DNA of 64,000 nucleotides from Elusimicrobiota bacterium (GTDB lineage: Bacteria > Elusimicrobiota > Elusimicrobia > UBA1565): NCBI GenBank assembly GCA_016218495.1, contig JACRDU010000155.1, positions 1,171-65,170 on the forward strand, read 5' to 3'. Positions 9,709 to 19,909 of the stretch are shown here, piece after piece. The position numbers and the translations under genes were made by a program. The notes below the pieces were generated by a model. It did not search any database. It was given only the letters and a program-made list of their open reading frames with translations, and was not told where the DNA came from. Numbering within the stretch: position 1 is the stretch's first letter; each line of letters opens with the position of its first letter.

Positions 9709-10916
9709 ACGGCGCGGCCGCGGCCCTGCTCGGGCTGCTCGCGCTGGCCGGACCCGCGCGGGCCGAAGGGCCCGCCGTGCTCTCAGGCCTCGACGTCCTC
9801 GCGGACAAGGGCTTCGCGGACTTCAAGGGCAAGCGCGTGGGCCTCATCACGAACCAGACCGGCCGCGACCGGTCGGGCAGGACCACGGTCCAGGTCCTCG
9901 CCAACGCGACGGACGTGACCCTCTCGGCGATGTTCTCGCCCGAGCATGGATTCACCGGCGTCGTCGAGGACACCGCCGTCGTCTCCGGGACCTTCGCCCT
10001 CCCCGACGGCCGCACCATCCCCCTCTACAGCCTCTACGGCGCGACCCGGGCCCCGACGGCGGCCATGCTCAAGGACCTCGACGTCCTGGTCTTCGACATC
10101 CAGGACATCGGCGCCCGCTTCTACACCTACTCGACGACGATGGCGATGGCGATGGAGGCGGCGGCCGCCGCCGGCATCGACTTCGTCGTGCTCGACCGCC
10201 CGAATCCCATCAACGGGGAGACGGTCGAAGGCCCCGTCCTGTCCACGGGCATCCGCTCCTTCATCGCATATCTCCCGGTCCCGGTGCGCCACGGCATGAC
10301 GATGGGGGAGCTCGCCCGTCTGCACAACATCACCTCCAGCCTCGGCGCCAAGCTCACCGTCGTGCCGCTCAAGGGCTGGCGGCGCGCGATGTGGTACGAC
10401 CAGACCGGCCTGCCCTGGACCCGGCCCTCGCCCAACATGCCGGACCTGGCCTCCGCCGCCCTCTATCCCGGCATCGCCTGCTTCGAGGCCTCCAGCCTGT
10501 CGGTCGGCCGGGGGACCGAAGCCCCGTTCCAATGGGTCGGCGCGCCGGGGCTGAAGGCCGAGGCGGTCGTCGCCAAGCTCAACGCCGCCCGCCTGCCTGG
10601 CATCGAGTTCCGGGCTGAACAGGCGAGTCCGTCCAAACCCCCCTTCGCGGGAGAGAAGGTCCCCGGGGTCCGCATGCGGGTGAACGACCGCGACGCCGTG
10701 CGCCCTCTGGCCGTCTTCGCCCACCTGGCCGCCGCCCTGCGCGACCAGGGGGGACCGGCCTTCTCCTTCGACATGGAGCGCCTGCTCCTCTTCGTCGGCA
10801 TGCCGCGCTTCGCCGAACTCTATCTTTCGGGAGCCGCCGCCCCCGAGCTGGAAAAATCCCTCCAAGAGGGAGCCGCAGCCTTCAAGACGGGGCGGGCTGT
10901 GTTCCTCCTCTATTGA
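9705..10916 (+). CDS. namZ: Exo-beta-N-acetylmuramidase NamZ (DUF1343) family
   Basis: TTG 9705 overlaps the mltA stop; signal peptide; VGLITNQTG, FSPEHG, FDIQDIGARFYTY, LDRPNP, RHGMTMGE, PSPNMP, SVGRGT. Confidence 0.9.
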   Translation: MNGAAAALLGLLALAGPARAEGPAVLSGLDVLADKGFADFKGKRVGLITNQTGRDRSGRTTVQVLANATDVTLSAMFSPEHGFTGVVEDTAVVSGTFALPDGRTIPLYSLYGATRAPTAAMLKDLDVLVFDIQDIGARFYTYSTTMAMAMEAAAAAGIDFVVLDRPNPINGETVEGPVLSTGIRSFIAYLPVPVRHGMTMGELARLHNITSSLGAKLTVVPLKGWRRAMWYDQTGLPWTRPSPNMPDLASAALYPGIACFEASSLSVGRGTEAPFQWVGAPGLKAEAVVAKLNAARLPGIEFRAEQASPSKPPFAGEKVPGVRMRVNDRDAVRPLAVFAHLAAALRDQGGPAFSFDMERLLLFVGMPRFAELYLSGAAAPELEKSLQEGAAAFKTGRAVFLLY

Positions 10917-13699
10917 CCCTGCTCCTCTCGTCGACGTTCCTGGCCGGGGCCGCCGCCCTGGTCTACGAGGTCCTGTGGGTCCGCCTCGTCACCATCTCGC
11001 TCGGCCACACGGCTCCGGCGGTCGCCTCGGTCCTGACCGCCTTCATGGGCGGCCTGGCCGCCGGAGGCTGGCTGGGGGGCCGCGCCGCCGACCGCCGCTC
11101 CGCCGCCGGGGCCCTGCGTCTGTACGCCGTCCTCGAACTGTGCGCCGGCGCCGCGGCCCTGGCCTCACGGCCCCTGCTGGCCGCCGCCGGCGCTTGGGCG
11201 GTCTCGGTCGGGGCGGCCGGGCTGGAGCCGAAGAGCCAGGCCGCCTGCGCCTTCGCCATCGCCGTCGCCATCCTCTTCGTCCCGTCCGCCTTGCTCGGAG
11301 CCAGCCTGCCTCTGCTGGTCCGGGCCGCCAAGGCCGACGGCAAGCCCGACGCCCCGCTGGGCCGCATCTACGGCTTCAACACGCTGGGAGCGGTCGCCGG
11401 CTGCCTGGCGGGCGGGCTGTGGCTGCTGCCCGCCTTGGGGCTCAAGGCCGCCCTGGCCTGGGCCGCCGGAGCCGACGCGCTGGCCGCCGCCCTGGCTTGG
11501 CGCGCCGCCCGGGGTTGCGACGGCTCCGCGCCCCTCCCTTCTCCGGCCCGCGGCACCATCCCCCCGGGCCCCGCCGCCCTGCTCTTGGCCACGGGCGCGG
11601 CCGCCATGGCCTGCGAGACGGCCTGGACGCGCGCATTGGCGCTCCTGGTCGGCTCCACGACCTACGCCTTCTCCGCCGTGCTCTCGGTCATCCTCGTCGG
11701 GCTGGCGCTGGGCAGCCTCGCCTACGGACGTTGGCGCGACGAAGGCTCCTCCGGGTTGGCGCGCCTGCTGCTTCTGCTCTCCCTGCTCGTCGTCGCGGGC
11801 CTGGCCGCCTACGACAGGCTCCCGTGGCTGCTCGTCACCGCCACGGGCGGCAGGCATCCGGTCCTCTCCGCCTTCGCTTTCTCCGCCCTGCTCGCCGGGC
11901 CTCCGGCGCTGCTGATGGGGGCCCTCCTTCCTTGGTCGGTCGCTCTGGCGGCGCCCGCGCGCGAACGCATCGGCCGCGCGGTCGGGGCGCTCTACGCCGC
12001 GAACACGGCGGGGGCCATCTTCGGCTCCGCCGCCGCCGGGCTGGTCCTGCTCCCCGCGCTGGGCTGGCGCGGCACGCTGTGCTGCGCGGCCCTCGCCTAC
12101 GCCGCCGCCGCGGCCGCCCAGCTGAGAGGACGCTCCCGCGCGCTGGCCCTCGCCCCCGCCGCCCTGGCCCTCCTCTGCCTGCGCGGGAACCCGCGGCTCG
12201 AGGCCAGCGGGATGTTCCTCTACGCCCCCTATTACGCCTCCGGCTCCGGATTCGCGGAATTCACCGAGGACCTGTCGCGGGACAAGGTCATCTTCCACGA
12301 GACCGGCCGCAACGCGACGGCGACCGTCCTCGAATCGCCCCACGGCGAGCGCTTCCTGCGCGTCAACGGGAAGACCGACGCCTCCGAGGGCGGCGACATG
12401 GCCACCCAGCTCCTGCTGGGTTATCTCCCGCGGCTTTGGGGCCCCGAGGCTCCGAGGTCGGCGCTCGTCGTGGGGCTTGGCGCCGGCTTGACCGCGGCCG
12501 CCTTGGCCGACGACGCGGGGCTGGAGCGGCTCGACGTCGTGGAGATCGAGCCCGCCGTGGCCCGCGCCGCCCGCCTGTTCTCCCGCTCCAACCGCGCCGT
12601 GCTCGACGACCCGCGCCTGCGCCTGGTCCTCGCCGACGCCCGGCAGCTCCTCGCCGCCCCCGGGCCGCGCTACGACCTCATCGTCTCGGAGCCGTCGAAC
12701 CCCTGGATCGCCGGGGTCGCCTACCTCTTCACCCGGGAGGCCTTCGCCCTCTCGCGCGACCGGCTCGCGCCCGGAGGCGTGGCAACCCAATGGTTCCACA
12801 GCTATCACATGCGCGTCGAGGATTTCCAGCTCGTGGTCCGGACCTTCGTCTCCGTCTTCCCCCATGCCGTGCTGCTCTCCAACGGGGAGGCCGACTATTT
12901 CCTGCTCGGGTCCCAAGAGCCCCTCGCGCCGGACTTCCGGCGCTTCGAGGCCGTCTTCGGCGACGGGGAGCGGGCGGGGCGCGACCTGTCCCGGATGGCC
13001 CGCGGCCTCGACACCCCTTTCACCCTCCTGACCGGCACCTTCGTCCTCGGCGACGCCGACCTCCGGCGCTGGGCCGGCGCGGGACCCCTCCACGAGGACG
13101 ACCGCCCGACCCTCGAGACCGATGCGCCGCTGAGCTTCCACCGCGCCAGCGCCGGCGCGGCCCTGGCCTCGCTCAACGCGGCCAAGACCTCGTGGCTGCC
13201 GCCCGGGACCAAGAACATCCTCGTGCGCAACCGGGACCTCGCCCAGCTCTTCGCCAAGGCCGCCGAGGCGGCCCTCGACGTGGAGAAAGCCCCCTCCGCC
13301 GCCGAGCCTATCTCCCGGGCCATGAAGCTCGACCCGCGCTCGTCCCGGGCCTGGACCGCCTACGGCCGATTCCTCGACGCGACCGGACGCGACGACGAGG
13401 CCGAGGCGGCCCTGCGCAACGGGGTGCTCTTCGGCCCCGCTTCCCCCGACGCCCACGCGCGGCTGGGCATCTTCCTGTACGCCGCCGGGGACCCCGCGCG
13501 GGGCTGGCCCGAGCTCGAAGCCGCGCGCCGGCTCATGCCCGGGCACCCGCTGGCCTGCCTGGGCCTGGGCTGGATGGCGCTGGAGTCCGGCGACAAGGCC
13601 GGCGCGCGCGCCGTGCTCTCCGAGGCCCTGGCCCAGCCCGTGCCCGAGGTGCGCCTGCGCGCGGACCTGGCCAATGCGCTCAGGATTGCTTCGGACTAG
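10913..13699 (+). CDS. Fused MFS-like membrane domain / spermidine-synthase-like protein with C-terminal TPRs
   Basis: LVYEVLWVR and YGFNTLGAVAG / YAANTAGAIFG repeats, SAM-binding LVVGLGAGLT, VVEIEP, YDLIVSEPSNPW; TPR-like C-terminus. Confidence 0.88.
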   Translation: MTLLLSSTFLAGAAALVYEVLWVRLVTISLGHTAPAVASVLTAFMGGLAAGGWLGGRAADRRSAAGALRLYAVLELCAGAAALASRPLLAAAGAWAVSVGAAGLEPKSQAACAFAIAVAILFVPSALLGASLPLLVRAAKADGKPDAPLGRIYGFNTLGAVAGCLAGGLWLLPALGLKAALAWAAGADALAAALAWRAARGCDGSAPLPSPARGTIPPGPAALLLATGAAAMACETAWTRALALLVGSTTYAFSAVLSVILVGLALGSLAYGRWRDEGSSGLARLLLLLSLLVVAGLAAYDRLPWLLVTATGGRHPVLSAFAFSALLAGPPALLMGALLPWSVALAAPARERIGRAVGALYAANTAGAIFGSAAAGLVLLPALGWRGTLCCAALAYAAAAAAQLRGRSRALALAPAALALLCLRGNPRLEASGMFLYAPYYASGSGFAEFTEDLSRDKVIFHETGRNATATVLESPHGERFLRVNGKTDASEGGDMATQLLLGYLPRLWGPEAPRSALVVGLGAGLTAAALADDAGLERLDVVEIEPAVARAARLFSRSNRAVLDDPRLRLVLADARQLLAAPGPRYDLIVSEPSNPWIAGVAYLFTREAFALSRDRLAPGGVATQWFHSYHMRVEDFQLVVRTFVSVFPHAVLLSNGEADYFLLGSQEPLAPDFRRFEAVFGDGERAGRDLSRMARGLDTPFTLLTGTFVLGDADLRRWAGAGPLHEDDRPTLETDAPLSFHRASAGAALASLNAAKTSWLPPGTKNILVRNRDLAQLFAKAAEAALDVEKAPSAAEPISRAMKLDPRSSRAWTAYGRFLDATGRDDEAEAALRNGVLFGPASPDAHARLGIFLYAAGDPARGWPELEAARRLMPGHPLACLGLGWMALESGDKAGARAVLSEALAQPVPEVRLRADLANALRIASD

Positions 13700-13730
13700 G
13701 TCCGGCAATTCCGTTGCTATTGAGAGAAGC

Positions 13731-14636
13731 ATGCGCCGCCTTTGCTCGGCCTTGGCTGCAGCCGTGCTGGCCTCCGGCTGCGGCGGACGCCCTCCGGAAA
13801 TATCGCTCAGCGACCCCGCCCCCGAGCTCAAGGAGCAGCGGCCTCGACGCGGCCTGCGCATCGCCATCTCGGCGATGGAATCCCCGGAATTGAGCTTCGC
13901 CCGTTACACCGAGCTCTTCAACCACATCGGAGGCGTCATCGGAGAGCCCGTCGAACTCCTGCACCGCCCCACCTACTCCGAGGTGCTCGCTTTGGTCCAG
14001 CATCGGCGGGTGGATGCCGCCCTCGTCTGCAGCGGCCCGTACGTCCAGGCCAGGGCCGACTACGGGGCCGAAAGCCTCGCCGTGCCGCGCCTCTCCGGGT
14101 CGACGTCCTATCGCGCGCTCATCATCGTGCGGCGCGACAGCCCGTTCAAATCGCTGGCCGACCTGAAGGGGCGGTCGTTCGCGCTGACCGACCCCCTCTC
14201 CAGCTCGGGGATGATGTTCCCGGCCTTCCTCCTGCGCAGGCAGGGTTCGACCACGGAGACCTTCTTCGGGAAGCTGATCTTCACGAAGGGGCACGACAAC
14301 TCCATGACGGCCGTGGCCGACGGGCTCGTCGACGGGGCCTCGGTCTCGGGCCTGGTCTACGATGAGGTCGCCCGTGCCCGCCCCCAGCTCGTGAAGAAGC
14401 TCCGCGTGGTCGGGAAGTCCCCCCCCTTCGGCAACCCTCCCGTCATCGTCCATCCGGAGACCGACCCCAGCCTCAAGCGGCGGCTCCGGATGGCCCTGCT
14501 CCATCTGCACGAGACGGAGGAGGGCCGCCGCATCCTCAAGGCCATGAGGATCGACGCCTTCGTGCCCGGCGACCCCAAGGCCTACGAGGAGGTCGAGCAC
14601 ATGAGGACGGTCGTGCTGGCCAAACCAAGGCGATGA
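13731..14636 (+). CDS. PhnD/AioX-like periplasmic oxyanion-binding lipoprotein
   Basis: Lipobox LASGC; ADLKGRSFALTDPLSSSG, GHDNS, DGASVS typical of PhnD-type binding proteins; VCSGPYV Cys motif. Coupled to a kinase rather than to ABC permeases. Confidence 0.82.
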   Translation: MRRLCSALAAAVLASGCGGRPPEISLSDPAPELKEQRPRRGLRIAISAMESPELSFARYTELFNHIGGVIGEPVELLHRPTYSEVLALVQHRRVDAALVCSGPYVQARADYGAESLAVPRLSGSTSYRALIIVRRDSPFKSLADLKGRSFALTDPLSSSGMMFPAFLLRRQGSTTETFFGKLIFTKGHDNSMTAVADGLVDGASVSGLVYDEVARARPQLVKKLRVVGKSPPFGNPPVIVHPETDPSLKRRLRMALLHLHETEEGRRILKAMRIDAFVPGDPKAYEEVEHMRTVVLAKPRR

Positions 14637-16072
14637 GCCCGCTGCGCTGGCCGCTAGGCCGTTCGGTCAAAGGCGACATAATGACCGGGGCCACTGTCCT
14701 GGTGGTCGCCATGGGTTTGATGGCCATGGGGCACATCCACCACGGCCTGGCCGTACTGCTGCGCGGCGAGCTGACCAGCCGGGGCGCGGCCGTCGCCGAG
14801 ATGGTGTCGGAGGCCGGCTCCCGGCTGACCCTCGAAGGGGACGAATTCGGCCTGCACAGGCTGCTGCAGGAGACCGTGCACAAGAACCAGGACGTCTCCT
14901 ACGCCTATGTGCTCGACGCGTCCGGGGCTCCCCGCGCCCACTCATTTCCCGGCGGCTTCCCGAGGGGCCTGGCCGACATGCACGACCGCTCCCTCGCGCG
15001 CGGGATGCGTCTCATCGACACCCCCGAGGAGGGGCGCATACAGGACGTCTTCGTCCCCTTCACCCATTTCGGCCTCGGCACCGTGCACATCGGCATGCGC
15101 GAGGGCAGGGTGCGCGGACGGATCGCCGCCCTCGTCATCGCGTGGGGCACCGGGGCGCTGCTGCTGTTCGCGGCGGGCCTGGGCGCCGCCTACTGGCTGA
15201 CGGGACAGTTCACCGAGAGGATAGCGCGCCTCATCGCGGCGACCCACCGGGTCGGGGCCGGCGACCTATCCGCGACGGCCGCCGACGGGTCGCGCGACGA
15301 AATCGGCCGTCTGGCGGAAGCCTTCGACCGCATGACCGCCGACCTGCGCCTCTCCCAGGAAGAGCTGCTGCGCGCCGGGAAGCTCGCGGCCGTGGGAGAG
15401 CTGGCCAGCGGAGTCGCCCACGAGATCAACAACCCGCTCAACATCATCGGCGTCTGCTGCCGCTCCCTGCTCGAGCGCGCGCGCGGTCCGGCCGCATTGT
15501 CGAAGGCCGACCTCGCGGAATTCCCGGAGTACCTGAGCGCCATCGAAGAGGAGATCCGGCGCTGCAAGAAGATCACCTCGTCGCTGCTCGACTTCGCCCG
15601 CAAGCGCGACCCGGTCCTGGGCGAGGTCGACCTCAACGCGCTCGTGCTCGAAACCCTGCCGCTGGCCGAGCTCCGTCGGGGCGGGGCGGCGTTCGAGCCG
15701 CGCTTGGCCAAGGCCCCCGCCCGCGTCACCGGCGACGGGGACCAGTTGCGCCAGGTCTTGATGAACCTCCTGCTCAATGCCGTCGACCAGTGCCCCTCCG
15801 GAGGTTCCGTCCGCGTGACGACCGCCCGCAGCAACGGCTCCGTGACCCTGTCGGTCTCCGACGAGGGCCCCGGTATCCCCGCCGCCCTGCGCGCGCGCCT
15901 CTTCGAGCCGTTCTTCTCCACCAAGCCCCCGGGCCAAGGCACCGGCCTCGGGCTGGCCATCTGCCGGCGCATCGTCGACTCGCACGGCGGGAGCATCGCC
16001 GCGGAGAACCTCCCGGGCCGCGGTGCCGTGTTCACCGTGACCCTGCCCGCCGCGGGAGGGCGCGATGCCTGA
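14633..16072 (+). CDS. HAMP-domain sensor histidine kinase
   Basis: Two TM segments, HAMP (DEIGRLAEAFDRM), H-box GVAHEINNPL, N-box NLLLNA, G boxes DEGPGI, FFSTK, GTGLGL. Confidence 0.95.
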   Translation: MSPLRWPLGRSVKGDIMTGATVLVVAMGLMAMGHIHHGLAVLLRGELTSRGAAVAEMVSEAGSRLTLEGDEFGLHRLLQETVHKNQDVSYAYVLDASGAPRAHSFPGGFPRGLADMHDRSLARGMRLIDTPEEGRIQDVFVPFTHFGLGTVHIGMREGRVRGRIAALVIAWGTGALLLFAAGLGAAYWLTGQFTERIARLIAATHRVGAGDLSATAADGSRDEIGRLAEAFDRMTADLRLSQEELLRAGKLAAVGELASGVAHEINNPLNIIGVCCRSLLERARGPAALSKADLAEFPEYLSAIEEEIRRCKKITSSLLDFARKRDPVLGEVDLNALVLETLPLAELRRGGAAFEPRLAKAPARVTGDGDQLRQVLMNLLLNAVDQCPSGGSVRVTTARSNGSVTLSVSDEGPGIPAALRARLFEPFFSTKPPGQGTGLGLAICRRIVDSHGGSIAAENLPGRGAVFTVTLPAAGGRDA

Positions 16073-17372
16073 GCGGCGGCCCACCGTCCTCATCGTCGAC
16101 GACGAGGAGAAGCTCCGGCGCTTCCTGCGCCGTGAGTTCGAGCGCAAAGGCTACCCCGTCCGCGCGGCCGGGGACCGCGCCGCCGCCCTGGCCGCCCTGG
16201 CCGACGGGCAGGTCGACGTGGTCCTGCTCGACATCGTGATGCCCGGCGCCGACGGCATGGCGCTGCTCGAGGAGGTCCGGCGCGAGCACCCCGACGCCGC
16301 CGTCATCATGCTCACCGGGAACGCCTCGGTGGAGACCGCGGTGCGCGCGCTCAAGCTCGGCGCCCGGGACTACCTCTCCAAGCCCTACGACATGGCCGAA
16401 CTCGAGCTGGCCGTGATGCGGGCCTATGCCGAGTCCTGCCTGCGCCAGGAGAACGAGGCGCTCAGGCTCGAGCACGCCGTCCCCGCCGACGGGCCCGAGC
16501 TGACCGGAGCCAGCGCGGCCATCGCGGCCGTGCGGCGGCAGCTCGCCCTGTTGGCCGGCTCCGACGGGCCGGTGCTCTTCGAAGGCGAGGGCGGCAGCGG
16601 CAAGGAGCGGGCCGCCCGGGTCCTGCACGCCCTGGGCCCGGGTCCGCGCGCCCCCTTCCTGGTCCTGGACTGCGCGCTCCTGGGACCCTCCGAGGCCGAA
16701 GCACGCCTCTTCGGACAAGGGCCGGGGAAGGGCCTGCTCGAGCTGGCCGCTCGCGGCACGGTCTTCTTCGACGACATCGGCAAGCTGCCCCTCCCCGCCC
16801 AGGGCCGGGTCCTGCGCCTGCTGGAGAACGGCGAGTTCAGGCGCGACGGGGAGGCCTCTCCCAAGCGCCTGCGCTGCCGGCTGACGGGCGCCGCCTGCGA
16901 GGACCTGGAGGCGGCCGTGCGGCAGCGGCGCTTCAGCCGCGACCTGCTTTCGCGCCTGAGCCCGCGAACGGTCCGCGTCCCTCCTCTGCGCGAGCGCCCC
17001 GAGGACATCCCGGTCCTGGCGGAGCGCTACCTCTCCTCCTTCGCAGGGTCCCCCGGGCGTACTCTGGCCCCGGAGGCCGCGGCCCTGCTGATGCGCTACC
17101 CTTGGCCGGGCAACGTGCGCCAGTTGCAAAGCGTCCTGGAGCGCGCCCGCCTGAAGTCCGAGGGCCCCCGAATCGACGCGGGACACCTGTTCCTGCCCCG
17201 GACCGGCGACGGCCCCGCCGAGGCGCCGGAATCCCTGTCCGCCGTCGAACGCTCCCACATCCTCAAGGTCCTGGCCGATTGCGATGGGAACCGCACCCGC
17301 GCGGCCGGCGTCCTCGGCGTCGACCCAAAGACGCTCTACAACAAGCTCAAGGAATACCGCTCCCGGCCGTAA
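16065..17372 (+). CDS. NtrC-family response regulator (REC-AAA-Fis HTH) lacking the GAFTGA loop
   Basis: REC domain (VDDE, LLDIVMP, KP), Walker A GEGGSGKE, PPLRERPEDI, WPGNVRQL, HTH GNRTRAAGVLGVDPKTLYNKL. LFGQGPGKGLLE stands where ELFGHxxGAFTGA is expected. Confidence 0.9.
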   Translation: MPERRPTVLIVDDEEKLRRFLRREFERKGYPVRAAGDRAAALAALADGQVDVVLLDIVMPGADGMALLEEVRREHPDAAVIMLTGNASVETAVRALKLGARDYLSKPYDMAELELAVMRAYAESCLRQENEALRLEHAVPADGPELTGASAAIAAVRRQLALLAGSDGPVLFEGEGGSGKERAARVLHALGPGPRAPFLVLDCALLGPSEAEARLFGQGPGKGLLELAARGTVFFDDIGKLPLPAQGRVLRLLENGEFRRDGEASPKRLRCRLTGAACEDLEAAVRQRRFSRDLLSRLSPRTVRVPPLRERPEDIPVLAERYLSSFAGSPGRTLAPEAAALLMRYPWPGNVRQLQSVLERARLKSEGPRIDAGHLFLPRTGDGPAEAPESLSAVERSHILKVLADCDGNRTRAAGVLGVDPKTLYNKLKEYRSRP

Positions 17373-17377
17373 ATGAG

Positions 17378-17414
17378 GGAGCCCCCCGGGGGAGATGCGG
17401 ACCCGGGGGGCTCC
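17378..17414. terminator. GC-rich hairpin between convergent genes (probable terminator)
   Basis: GGAGCCCCCCGGG (17378-17390) and CCCGGGGGGCTCC (17402-17414) form a perfect 13-bp stem; no clear U-tract. Confidence 0.55.
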
Positions 17415-17442
17415 GTACAGAGGGAGGGCTGCTGGGGCCCCC

Positions 17443-19887
17443 CTAGAACCTCATCGCCACCCGCGCCCCGACGATGTGCGCCGTGTAATCGTACTTGTCC
17501 GCCCCGTTGAGCACGAACCGGGTGCTGTTCTCGTTGACGTTGCTCCCCGCCACGTACTCGCCGACGTTGGCGAAGTCGTTGAGCATGTACTTGGCGAAGG
17601 CGTAGTCCAGCCCGAAGCTGACGTCCTTGGTCAGCTTGTAGGCCCCGCCCAGGCGCAACTCGTGCAGACGGCTCGTCACCGACGGCAGCGACCCCGGCGC
17701 CGCGTTGTCGAGCTTCACGCCCGAGACGTAGCCGGCCGCCACCCCGGCCGCCGCATTCGGGTTGGTTGTAATCTGGCTGACCCGGCCGTAGGAGAACGAG
17801 TAGCCGGTGGTGAACTCCCAGGCGTCCGCGGGCCGGTAGGCGGCCTCCAGGGCCACGGTGTCGGTCTTGTCGACCAGCTCCGTGTTCCAGTAGTTGAGCG
17901 GGTTGAAGGCGTTGTTCGCCCAGGTGTCGTCGATGGAGGTGGCCGTGTTGTTGAAGCCGTTGTCCTTGGCCGCGTTGGCGACCTCGGAGCGCCGGACCTC
18001 CTTGCCCAGGCTGAGCGAGACCTCGAAGGCCTCGCTGGGCGACGCCGCCACCTCCAAGTCCACTCCCAGCGTCTCCTGCCCCTTGAGCCCGAAACGCTGG
18101 GCGCCCAGGGTGTCGTCGACGTAGCGCCCGTCCAGCCCGATGTTCAGGCCGTCGGTGGGCTCCAACGACAGTCCGGCCTGCAGGGAGTGCCTTTTGCGGT
18201 CGGACCAGTTGAAGTTCTCCAGCCCCACCGCCTCCGGGTTGACCGCCGTGGCGCCGAGCTTGTAGCCCTGCACCGCGCGGCGCGAGTAGCGGTATTTCCC
18301 GTGGGCGTGCAGGCCGTGCCCCAGGCGGTACTTGAGGCTGCCGCCGGCCCCCAGCTCCGAGGTGTTGTCGACGCGGTTATTCTTGTAGGCCCATTTGTCC
18401 CAGAAGGCCTCCACCCCGGCCGTCAGGGAATCCAGCAGGTCGTAGTCGGCCCCCAGCTCGGCCGTCTGCCTGTTGTAGGAGACGAGCTCGTTGGTGATTC
18501 CCGAACCCTGCGCCGCGCTGTCGTTGCGTCGCGTTCGCCAGTGCGACTCGCTGTAGGCCGCGTACCCAGGGAAGCGGATGGTCGGCGACTGGTTGTCGTA
18601 GGTGTAGCTGCGGTATTTGGCCCGCGTGGCCAGCCCGTCGGCGGGCTTGAGCGTCACCAGCAGGCTCTGGGTCAGCGTTCGCGCCTTCCCATTGAAGCGC
18701 TGGGTGGGCAGGGCCGCCGTGGTCGTGACGCCGGCAGGAGCCCCGATGGCCGCCGTGATGTCCGTGTTGGTGGTATAGGGCAGCAGCTCGGTGTCCTGGG
18801 ACACCGTGCCGAACCCCAGCGCCGCCGTGGCCCGGCCGTTGAGCGGCAGCTCCACCGAGCCCGACGCCGCCACGTCGTGGGAACGGCTGGTGGGCGGAAG
18901 GGCCATCCGGCCCGTAGCCCCGCGGAAGCGGCCGTGGGCGCTGCCGGGGACCCCGGCGCTGTCCAAGGCGTCGGCGTCTCCCGTCGTCGTCGCAGACAGG
19001 TCCACGGCCCGGAACGGGTTGTGCCAGGTCAAGGACTTGAGCTCGTCGACGAACTCCGTGAAGGTGTACTCCAGGTCGCCCGACCACCTCTTGTCGTAGT
19101 AGCCGGCCCCGACGTTGACCGAGTTGATGCGGTAGTCGATGGGCTCGGCCACCTGCTGCCCTTCCACGAGGAAGGTGTCGCTGCGGTGCCCGCCGTCCGT
19201 GCCGACGGCCGTGCCGTTCTGGGCGAAGCGCTCGTAGCTCCCCATCCCCATCTGCCGGAAGCCCTTGCGGCGCTCTTCCGAGGCCTTCACCCAGGTCTTG
19301 GCCCGCTCGCTCAGGGAATACTCGAACGCCAACGCGCTCTTGCGGCGCTCCAGCCCGAAGGAGGTCGGGCTGGTGTTCGAGATTAGGTCCCGGATGATGT
19401 TCTGCTGGCCTAGGTCCTTGTTGGTGGGGTCATTGTTCGGCGACCCGCCGCGCACGCCGCGCGTCTCCTCGGTGGCCTGCAGCGCGTTCTGTATGGCCGA
19501 CGAGATGCCCAGCACGTCCGAACCCGCACCGTTGAGCACGAACCGGCCCGTGGCGAAGCGGTGCGGCATGCGGTCGAAGGACGCCGCGGCCTTGAACTTG
19601 CCGTAGCGGCCGCCCTCCAGCTTATAGGACTCGTCCTTGCGCCCGCCGTTGAGCGCCGTCAGCTCGGCATAGTAGGCCTCGCCGCCCACGCCCAGCTCGA
19701 GCTCGTCGACGAAGAGCCCGTCGCGCAGGTCCCGGTACTCGTTGAACTTGTCCGCCGAGCCCGTCAGGACGAGCTTGCGTCCGCCCAGGTCGACGGCGCC
19801 CTCTAGGGCGAACGCCGCCTGGCTGCCGGGCAGCAACAGCGCCATGAGCGCCGCCAGAACCGCCTTGAAGTTTTTCGTGTTGGTCAT
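17443..19887 (-). CDS. mtrB: MtrB/PioB-family outer-membrane beta-barrel
   Basis: Signal peptide, KFNEYRDLRDG, EPIDY, LTWHNPF, MALPP; alternating beta strands; C-terminal Phe (ARVAMRF); directly downstream of a decaheme cytochrome. Confidence 0.88.
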   Translation of the reverse strand: MTNTKNFKAVLAALMALLLPGSQAAFALEGAVDLGGRKLVLTGSADKFNEYRDLRDGLFVDELELGVGGEAYYAELTALNGGRKDESYKLEGGRYGKFKAAASFDRMPHRFATGRFVLNGAGSDVLGISSAIQNALQATEETRGVRGGSPNNDPTNKDLGQQNIIRDLISNTSPTSFGLERRKSALAFEYSLSERAKTWVKASEERRKGFRQMGMGSYERFAQNGTAVGTDGGHRSDTFLVEGQQVAEPIDYRINSVNVGAGYYDKRWSGDLEYTFTEFVDELKSLTWHNPFRAVDLSATTTGDADALDSAGVPGSAHGRFRGATGRMALPPTSRSHDVAASGSVELPLNGRATAALGFGTVSQDTELLPYTTNTDITAAIGAPAGVTTTAALPTQRFNGKARTLTQSLLVTLKPADGLATRAKYRSYTYDNQSPTIRFPGYAAYSESHWRTRRNDSAAQGSGITNELVSYNRQTAELGADYDLLDSLTAGVEAFWDKWAYKNNRVDNTSELGAGGSLKYRLGHGLHAHGKYRYSRRAVQGYKLGATAVNPEAVGLENFNWSDRKRHSLQAGLSLEPTDGLNIGLDGRYVDDTLGAQRFGLKGQETLGVDLEVAASPSEAFEVSLSLGKEVRRSEVANAAKDNGFNNTATSIDDTWANNAFNPLNYWNTELVDKTDTVALEAAYRPADAWEFTTGYSFSYGRVSQITTNPNAAAGVAAGYVSGVKLDNAAPGSLPSVTSRLHELRLGGAYKLTKDVSFGLDYAFAKYMLNDFANVGEYVAGSNVNENSTRFVLNGADKYDYTAHIVGARVAMRF

Positions 19888-19909
19888 AGGGTCTCCTTCG
19901 CCTCTCGGC

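Noticed and set aside
13731-14636. Phosphonate ABC transporter (phnD)
   Set aside because: No phnC/phnE neighbours; the gene is translationally coupled to a histidine kinase, so a sensory role fits better.
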